DNA from: an uncultured Mycoplasmatota bacterium
Lineage (GTDB): Bacteria; Bacillota_I; Bacilli_A; RF39; UBA660
Direction: 5' to 3'
NCBI GenBank assembly: GCA_900547225.1
Contig: URFW01000002.1
Coordinates: forward strand, 140,392-172,391
DNA: 32,000 bases
A model generated the notes under the pieces. That model had not been told where the DNA came from, ran no database searches, and saw only the letters and a list, made by a program, of their open reading frames with translations. This document shows, piece by piece, positions 26,702-32,000 of this stretch. The first letter of the stretch is position 1. Each line of letters begins with the position of its first letter. The position numbers and the translations under genes were made by a program.

Positions 26702-26738
26702 AAAGTAGAGATATAGATTATCTTTACTTTATTTTTTT
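26702..26738 (+). terminator. rho-independent terminator of uvrA
   Basis: AAAGTAGAGAT (26702-26712) pairs with ATCTTTACTTT (26720-26730) with one mismatch, followed by ATTTTTTT. Confidence 0.6.
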
Positions 26739-26815
26739 ATGATTTATTTAAAATTTTTAGATTAACTTTTCTTTTTATAAGAATGATAAAATATTAATTG
26801 AAGGGAGCTGTTATT

Positions 26816-27235
26816 ATGTTAAAACCTGTAAATATATCTTGGACAAAAACAAAGAAAAACGTTGAGCAAATAATATCACAATACATATATTATAGTTTGT
26901 CTGTTGATAACAGCTCATCTAGCAACATAGGAGATTCTTATCTTTTAGATGCTCTAGATTTTAATAGTGTTGATAAAACATACATTAAAATATCGCAAGA
27001 AGAACAAAAAAGAAGAATAAATTTTGTTAATTATGTAAGATTTTCTTTTAATAAGTTAACTACTGAGGAAAGAAAGATAATATACTGGACATATTTAGAT
27101 AAGGAAAACAATTATGATGATAGATTTATTGCAAATAATTTGGGCTTTTCTTTGGGATATTATTATATAAAAAAGAAGGAAACATTAATAAGATTCGCAT
27201 ATTCTCTAGGAGTTGAAGAATTAAATGGTAAATAG
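26816..27235 (+). CDS. ArpU-family (phage-type, sigma-70 region-4-like) transcriptional regulator, orphan
   Basis: LTTEERKIIYWTYLDKENNYDDRFIANNLGFSLGYYYIKKKETLIRFAYSLGV matches the C-terminal HTH pattern of ArpU-like late-gene regulators. ATG 26816 follows GAAGGGAG. The track start at 26798 is a TTG inside the RBS. Confidence 0.6.
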   Translation: MLKPVNISWTKTKKNVEQIISQYIYYSLSVDNSSSSNIGDSYLLDALDFNSVDKTYIKISQEEQKRRINFVNYVRFSFNKLTTEERKIIYWTYLDKENNYDDRFIANNLGFSLGYYYIKKKETLIRFAYSLGVEELNGK

Positions 27236-27236
27236 A

Positions 27237-27259
27237 AGCTTTGCTAAAGCTCTTTTTTT
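27237..27259 (+). terminator. short hairpin plus T7 terminator
   Basis: AGCTTT (27237-27242), loop GCT, AAAGCT (27246-27251), then C and TTTTTTT (27253-27259). Confidence 0.5.
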
Positions 27260-27317
27260 GACGAAAAAAATTATATATAAAAACATATACGTGTGATATA
27301 ATTAGGTTGGTGATTAT

Positions 27318-27761
27318 ATGAAGGTAATAGTTGTTGATTCCAATAAAAAGAAAAAAACAAATGGTAAAGAAATAGAATACAGATTAAATTTATTTTTAGA
27401 GTGGTTAATATATATGTTTGGTTATGCAATCGTTTTACTTATAACATCAAATTTGTTTAGACCGTTATACGTAGAAAACTTCTTATATGGTTTTATAGCA
27501 GCAGTATTGATATACATTTTAAATAAAACTGTAAAACCGTTTTTAGTTACAATTTCTCTGCCACTTATTGGGATGTCACTTGGTTTATTTTACTTTGTGA
27601 TAAACGTAGTTATACTTCTTTTAGTAAGTTTAGTTTTAGGTAAACACTTCTACCTAACAGGCTTTTTTTCTCCGTTTATAGTGGCAATATTTATAAGTGT
27701 TATGAATGTTATTATGGAGAATTTAATAATAAAACCATTAATAGAAAGGTGTAAAAGATAA
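27318..27761 (+). CDS. YvlD/phage-holin-4-2 family small membrane protein
   Basis: 147 aa with four TM helices. GYAIVLLITSNLF...FLYGFIAAVLIYILNKTVKPFLVTISLPL is typical of the DUF360/YvlD family. Extended -10 TGaTATAAT about 20 nt upstream. Confidence 0.7.
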   Translation: MKVIVVDSNKKKKTNGKEIEYRLNLFLEWLIYMFGYAIVLLITSNLFRPLYVENFLYGFIAAVLIYILNKTVKPFLVTISLPLIGMSLGLFYFVINVVILLLVSLVLGKHFYLTGFFSPFIVAIFISVMNVIMENLIIKPLIERCKR

Positions 27762-27762
27762 T

Positions 27763-28572
27763 ATGAATCCAGTTGCAATTAGTTTAGGACCACTTACAAT
27801 TACGTGGTATTCTATATGTATATTATTAGGAGTTATTTTAGCGGGTATTGTTATTAATAACGAAGCTAAAAGATATAATATTCCAACAAGTTTTGTTACG
27901 AATTTAATATTTTGGTGCGTGATATTTGGCCTTTTAGGCGCTAGAATATACTACGTATTATTTAATTTAGATTATTACAGCACATCTCCAATAGAAGTAG
28001 TTAAGATATGGAATGGCGGGCTTGCTATTCATGGAGGAATAATTGCAGGATTAATAACGTTAATCGTATATTGTAAGAAATATGGCGTTGATATTCTAAA
28101 GATGATTGATATATCAGTTCCGGGTCTTATCTTAGCTCAAGGAATTGGAAGATGGGGTAACTTCTTTAATGGTGAGGCCCATGGTGGTATTGTGTCTCGT
28201 GCATTTTTAGAAAACTTACATTTACCAAAATTTATAATAGATGGAATGCATATAGGTGCACATTACTATCATCCAACGTTTCTTTATGAATCAGTCTTTT
28301 GCTTACTATGCTTCTTCATATTGTATGGTTTTAGAAGTATGAAAAATACAAAATTAGGAAATACCACAGCGTTGTACCTAATTTTATACGGAACAATAAG
28401 GTTCTTTGTTGAATCTCTTAGAACGGATAGTTTGATGCTAGGCTCAATAAAAATGGCTCAATTAGTTTCTATTTTAATGATAATAGGTGGCATTATTATG
28501 TTTATAATAACCAAACTTAAATGTAAAAATTATGATGACGTAGGAGCAAAAGAAAATGAAATCAAATGTTAA
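27763..28572 (+). CDS. lgt: prolipoprotein diacylglyceryl transferase
   Basis: 269 aa. ...ITWYSICILLGVILA, GLLGARIYYV, and the Lgt signature GRWGNFFNGEAHG. Confidence 0.95.
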   Translation: MNPVAISLGPLTITWYSICILLGVILAGIVINNEAKRYNIPTSFVTNLIFWCVIFGLLGARIYYVLFNLDYYSTSPIEVVKIWNGGLAIHGGIIAGLITLIVYCKKYGVDILKMIDISVPGLILAQGIGRWGNFFNGEAHGGIVSRAFLENLHLPKFIIDGMHIGAHYYHPTFLYESVFCLLCFFILYGFRSMKNTKLGNTTALYLILYGTIRFFVESLRTDSLMLGSIKMAQLVSILMIIGGIIMFIITKLKCKNYDDVGAKENEIKC

Positions 28573-29458
28573 TTATGACGTAATAATAATAGGAGCAGGT
28601 CCAGCAGGCATGGCTGCTTCTATTTACTTAAAAAGAGCAGGCGTATCACCACTTATTTTAGAAGCTAAGGCACCGGGTGGCACTTTAAATGAAATATATA
28701 AATTACAAAATTATCCAGGATACACCGAAGAAGATGGGACAACTTTAGCATTTAGAATGTACTCCCAGGTTGAAAAGTTAGAGATTATACTTAAAACAGA
28801 AAAGGTAATTAATATAGAAAAAGATGAAAATTTATACAAAGTAATATGTGAAAATAACAATTATTATGCAAAATATATATTAATTGCATCTGGTAAAACT
28901 CCTAGAAAATTATTATGTAAGAATTCAGACAAGTACGAAGGAAAAGGTATATCATACTGCACCATATGTGATGGAGCCTTATATAAGAATAAAACTGTAA
29001 TAGTTTTAGGTGGAGGCAATACTGCTATGGAGTCCGCTAAATATATGAGTAATATTGCAAATAAGATATACATAGTTAATAGATCACCTTTAAGAGCAGA
29101 TTTAAAAGAACAAGAAATAATTAAAGATGAAAAAGTAGAAGTTATATTAAATGCCACCATAAAAGAGGTAATAGGTGATGAAAATCATATTACAGAAGTT
29201 ATTTTAAATGATGATAGAAAAATAAAGGCTGATGCTATATTTGTATGCATAGGAAAAGAATTATCTAGCGCATATTATCAAAACTTAAATATTAAAACAG
29301 ATAATTTAGGAATAATAGTGGATAAAGATATGAAAACAAGTAATTCATCTATTTATGCGGCAGGAGATGTTATAAGTAAAAGTTTATATCAAGTTGTAAC
29401 AGCAACTGGTGAAGGTGCACTTGCAGCAAGTTCTATAATTAAGAGTTTAAAAAAATAA
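28556..29458 (+). CDS. trxB: thioredoxin-disulfide reductase family flavoprotein (variant CTIC redox motif, degenerate NADPH motif)
   Basis: 300 aa. FAD motif IIIGAGPAGMAAS, redox centre SYCTICDG (28958-28969), second dinucleotide motif VLGGGNTAMESA, and C-terminal AAGDV. The HRRD position reads NRSP (29078-29089). Confidence 0.85.
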   Translation: MKSNVNYDVIIIGAGPAGMAASIYLKRAGVSPLILEAKAPGGTLNEIYKLQNYPGYTEEDGTTLAFRMYSQVEKLEIILKTEKVINIEKDENLYKVICENNNYYAKYILIASGKTPRKLLCKNSDKYEGKGISYCTICDGALYKNKTVIVLGGGNTAMESAKYMSNIANKIYIVNRSPLRADLKEQEIIKDEKVEVILNATIKEVIGDENHITEVILNDDRKIKADAIFVCIGKELSSAYYQNLNIKTDNLGIIVDKDMKTSNSSIYAAGDVISKSLYQVVTATGEGALAASSIIKSLKK

Positions 29459-29488
29459 AAGTCTAATATGTGAAAATTGGACTTTTTT
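29457..29488 (+). terminator. candidate terminator after trxB
   Basis: AAAGTCTA (29458-29465) pairs with TGGACTTT (29478-29485) with one G-U pair and a 12-nt loop. The U-run TTTTTT (29483-29488) overlaps the 3' arm. Confidence 0.4.
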
Positions 29489-29575
29489 ATATAAATAAAT
29501 TATTAAAAACTCCTGGATATGTTGAAAAAGAAATCTTTATCTGATATAATCATACTAGTTAAGGATGGTGGTAAG

Positions 29576-30508
29576 ATGACATTCTCAAGTAAAATAAAAA
29601 AAGAAATAAGTACAACAGAATGTACTAGGGCTGAGTATTTGTCAGAGTTATCTGGTATCATTAGAACTAGTGCAGAAATCAAAATATATAACATAAAGAT
29701 ACAAACAGAAAACAAATTTGTTGCAAACCGTATTTTTGGACTTTTTAAAATCTTATATGATATTAATCTTAATATATCTCTAAGAAAAAATTATAACTTT
29801 AAGAAAAACGAAATTTATGTTCTTGAACTTAAAAAAGACACATTAAAAGTGCTTAGAGATTTAGGAATAGTAAGTGAAAAAAATGAGCTTCTTAGAATAC
29901 CTAGCGAGTCTTTATTATCAGATGAAGAATTAAGAAGGGCATATTTAAGGGGAGTATTTTTAGTATCAGGAAGTTTAAATGATCCAAAAACTTCAAGATA
30001 TCATTTGGAATTTTTAATAAATGATACAGAGTATGCTAACTTTTTAAATAAACTTTTAAATGACAACAATTTAAATAGTAAGATACTTCATCGTAAAAAA
30101 GGTTATATGATATACATAAAAGAAGCTGAAAAAATAAGTGATTTTCTAAGACTTATAAGAGCATATAACGGAGTTATGTACTATGAAGAAATAAGGGTAT
30201 ACCGTGAAAAGATAAATATGACTAACCGTCTTAATAATTGTGAGCAAGCAAACGTAGAAAAGATGGTTGCAACGTCAAATAAACTTATTAAAGATATAAA
30301 TTATATAAAAGAAAAAGATATGTTTGACTTACTTGATGACAAAATAAAGGAAAGTGCTGAGTATAGAATTAGATATCCAGAAACATCTCTTTTGGAATTA
30401 AGCAAAATAATAACTTTAGAAACAAATTCTAACGTAAGTAAATCTTGTTTAAATCATAGATTTAGAAAGATAAAAGAATTTGCAGAAAAGATACGTAATC
30501 AAAATTAA
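29576..30508 (+). CDS. whiA: DNA-binding sporulation/cell-division regulator WhiA
   Basis: MTFSSKIKKEIS... is the typical WhiA N-terminus. It has a degenerate LAGLIDADG-like core (AYLRGVFLVSGSLNDP) and a C-terminal HTH (ETSLLELSKIITLETNSNVSKSCLNHRFRKIKEFA). The track start at 29519 gives an unsupported 19-aa extension. Confidence 0.9.
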   Translation: MTFSSKIKKEISTTECTRAEYLSELSGIIRTSAEIKIYNIKIQTENKFVANRIFGLFKILYDINLNISLRKNYNFKKNEIYVLELKKDTLKVLRDLGIVSEKNELLRIPSESLLSDEELRRAYLRGVFLVSGSLNDPKTSRYHLEFLINDTEYANFLNKLLNDNNLNSKILHRKKGYMIYIKEAEKISDFLRLIRAYNGVMYYEEIRVYREKINMTNRLNNCEQANVEKMVATSNKLIKDINYIKEKDMFDLLDDKIKESAEYRIRYPETSLLELSKIITLETNSNVSKSCLNHRFRKIKEFAEKIRNQN

Positions 30509-30548
30509 ATATAAATAACCCTTTAAAAAATATCATTTATTTGATAGA

Positions 30549-31391
30549 ATGGTATTGTTAAAGATAATAAAAAATAAGAAAGAAGTGAGGCAAGTGGGAA
30601 GAGTAATAGCATTAGTAAATCAAAAAGGTGGTGTAGGTAAAACCACTACAAGTATTAATTTAGCAGCTTCACTAGGGGTTCAGAATAAAAAAGTATTACT
30701 TATTGACTTAGATCCACAAGGAAACGCATCAACTGGTGTTGGTATAAATAAAGGTGATGTTGATAAGAGTATATATGATTTATTATTAGGTAGATGTACT
30801 ACCAATCAAGCAATTATTAAAACAAATTTTAAGAATTTAAGCATAATACCCGCAACAATTAATTTGGCAGGTGCAGATATTGAATTAATTGAAAAGGCAA
30901 AGCAAGATCCATCGTTTCAAAAGAACATGCAGCTTCGTCTAGCACTTGATCCAATAAGAAATTTATATGATTTTATTATAATTGATTGTCCTCCATCTTT
31001 AGGTCTTTTAACAACAAATGCACTTACGGCATCAAACTCAGTATTAATTCCTGTTCAATGTGAGTTTTTTGCATTAGAAGGAATTATGCAATTATTAAAT
31101 TCAATAATGCTTGCACAAAAGAAGTTAAATCCAGGACTAGAAATAGAAGGGGTACTTTTAACAATGCTTGATTCTAGAACTAACTTAGGATTAGAAGTAG
31201 TAGAGGAAATAAGAGGTTTCTTTAAGGAAAGAGTATATAATACTTTAATTCCTAGATTAATAAGATTGACTGAGGCACCATCACATGGAAAACCTATTGT
31301 TGCATATGATCCAATGAGTCGTGGTACCGAAGCATACCTTAATTTAGCAAAGGAGGTAATCGAACAAGATGAAAGAAGAAACAAACAGTAA
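30549..31391 (+). CDS. soj: chromosome partitioning ATPase ParA/Soj
   Basis: Deviant Walker A NQKGGVGKTTT, IIIDCPPSLG, and APSHGKPI. The start is uncertain: ATG 30549 has no RBS, and GTG 30594 (VGRVIALVNQKGG) follows GAGG by only 3 nt. Confidence 0.9.
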   Translation: MVLLKIIKNKKEVRQVGRVIALVNQKGGVGKTTTSINLAASLGVQNKKVLLIDLDPQGNASTGVGINKGDVDKSIYDLLLGRCTTNQAIIKTNFKNLSIIPATINLAGADIELIEKAKQDPSFQKNMQLRLALDPIRNLYDFIIIDCPPSLGLLTTNALTASNSVLIPVQCEFFALEGIMQLLNSIMLAQKKLNPGLEIEGVLLTMLDSRTNLGLEVVEEIRGFFKERVYNTLIPRLIRLTEAPSHGKPIVAYDPMSRGTEAYLNLAKEVIEQDERRNKQ

Positions 31392-32000
31392 AAGAAGAGC
31401 ACTTGGAATGGGGCTAGAGCAATTATTTAACTCAGAAATGCTTGATTTTGACCAAGTGGAAGAAAAAATAGTAGAGGAGACTCCAAAAGATGAGATAGTA
31501 GAAATACCTATTAGTGAGCTTATGAGTAACCCTTATCAGCCAAGAAAGATTTTTGATGAGGAATCCTTAAAAGAACTTGCTGAATCAATAAAAGAACATG
31601 GTGTATTTCAACCTATTATAGTTAAAAAATCAGTTAAAGGATATAACATAATTGCAGGTGAAAGAAGAACTAAAGCATCAGAACTTGCTGGTTTAAAAAC
31701 TGTGCCTGCAATAGTAAGAGATTTTTCTGATGAAGAAATGATGCAAGTTGCATTACTAGAAAACTTACAAAGAGAAGATTTATCTGCAATAGAAGAAGCT
31801 AAAGCATATAAATCAATAATAGAATCACTTAGATTAACTCAAGATGAACTAGCTAAAAGGCTTGGTAAATCAAGAAGTCATATAACTAACATGCTTGGAT
31901 TACTTAGGTTACCTTTAAGTGTTCAAGATATGGTTTTATATGGAAAAATTTCAATGGGACACGCAAGGGTGTTAAGTAAATTAGAAAATAGTGAACAAAT
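31369..32000 (+). CDS. spo0J: chromosome partitioning protein ParB/Spo0J, 3'-truncated by the window edge
   Basis: Not in the ORF track because it has no stop in the window. AGGAGG at 31351-31356, then ATG 31369. Translation: MKEETNSKRRALGMGLEQLF...NPYQPRKIFDEESLKELAESIKEHGVFQPIIV...IIAGERRTKASELAGL...ALLENLQREDLSAIEEA...LTQDELAKRLGKSRSHITNMLGLLRL (ParB box GERR and HTH). Confidence 0.9.
   Translation, partial: MKEETNSKRRALGMGLEQLFNSEMLDFDQVEEKIVEETPKDEIVEIPISELMSNPYQPRKIFDEESLKELAESIKEHGVFQPIIVKKSVKGYNIIAGERRTKASELAGLKTVPAIVRDFSDEEMMQVALLENLQREDLSAIEEAKAYKSIIESLRLTQDELAKRLGKSRSHITNMLGLLRLPLSVQDMVLYGKISMGHARVLSKLENSEQ

Noticed and set aside
572-31402. All minus-strand track ORFs nested inside + strand genes: 572-811, 2128-2322, 2847-3107, 3123-3407, 3501-3830, 10103-10318, 10485-10685, 11621-11857, 12533-12829, 12863-13162, 15638-15838, 17086-17268, 17473-17655, 21034-21237, 23081-23278, 23846-24079, 24354-24560, 24645-24833, 24948-25136, 25599-25838, 25709-25900, 28864-29160, 29503-29715, 31055-31402
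   Set aside because: Each lies antisense to a gene with strong motif support. None has a convincing RBS. Their Phe/Ser/Ile/Leu-rich, low-complexity translations are what the antisense of AT-rich coding sequence produces.
29459-32000. parS site near or inside parA/parB
   Set aside because: No match to TGTTNCACGTGAAACA was seen by eye. The nearest CGTGAAA (about 30199-30205) lacks the other half-site.
1-32000. rRNA, tRNA, riboswitch or T-box elements, and a Mollicutes-type genetic code
   Set aside because: No cloverleaf-like GC-rich segments or recognisable riboswitch cores occur in the intergenic regions, including the ~90-nt leader at 14800-14890. RF2 with a UGA frameshift site is present, and UGA does not occur in frame in the recognised genes, which rules out UGA=Trp.

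Overview
Very AT-rich (about 28-30% GC by eye) chromosomal segment of a low-GC Gram-positive bacterium (Bacillota). It uses the standard genetic code: UGA is a stop, because RF2 is present with its UGA-dependent programmed frameshift. The backbone lies entirely on the + strand and follows the gene order I recall for Bacillus subtilis (hpf-secA-prfB-yvjA-ftsE-ftsX ... uvrB-uvrA ... lgt ... trxB ... whiA). In order it contains csp, hpf, secA, prfB, a YitT-family membrane protein, ftsE, ftsX, a coiled-coil M23 peptidase, uvrB, uvrA, a YvlD-like membrane protein, lgt, a trxB-like gene, whiA, parA/soj and the 5' part of parB/spo0J. Accessory DNA interrupts this backbone in several places. (1) A ~3.8-kb integrase islet sits in the 3' end of secA and is bounded by an imperfect duplication of the SecA zinc-finger tail. 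It carries a frameshifted tyrosine integrase and two related unknown ORFs. (2) Between the displaced secA terminator and prfB lies a two-gene module: a WYL-domain regulator plus a 424-aa protein with a SIS-like Rossmannoid domain, a candidate defence or sensor system. (3) Between the M23 peptidase and uvrB lies a ~5.3-kb secretion/assembly operon. It encodes a small Ala/Thr/Gly-rich secreted protein, an ER/archaeal-type (SipW-like) signal peptidase fused to a polytopic membrane domain and split at a T7 tract, a bitopic membrane protein, and a 787-793-aa surface protein. That surface protein shares the small protein's leader motif and carries a Hint (bacterial intein-like) autoprocessing domain. 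I consider this operon the best candidate for an undescribed system. (4) An XRE regulator plus membrane-protein cassette splits uvrB from uvrA, and an orphan ArpU-like regulator follows uvrA. No rRNA, tRNA, CRISPR array or parS site was seen. All functional calls come from motif recognition in the supplied translations, and no database search was run.
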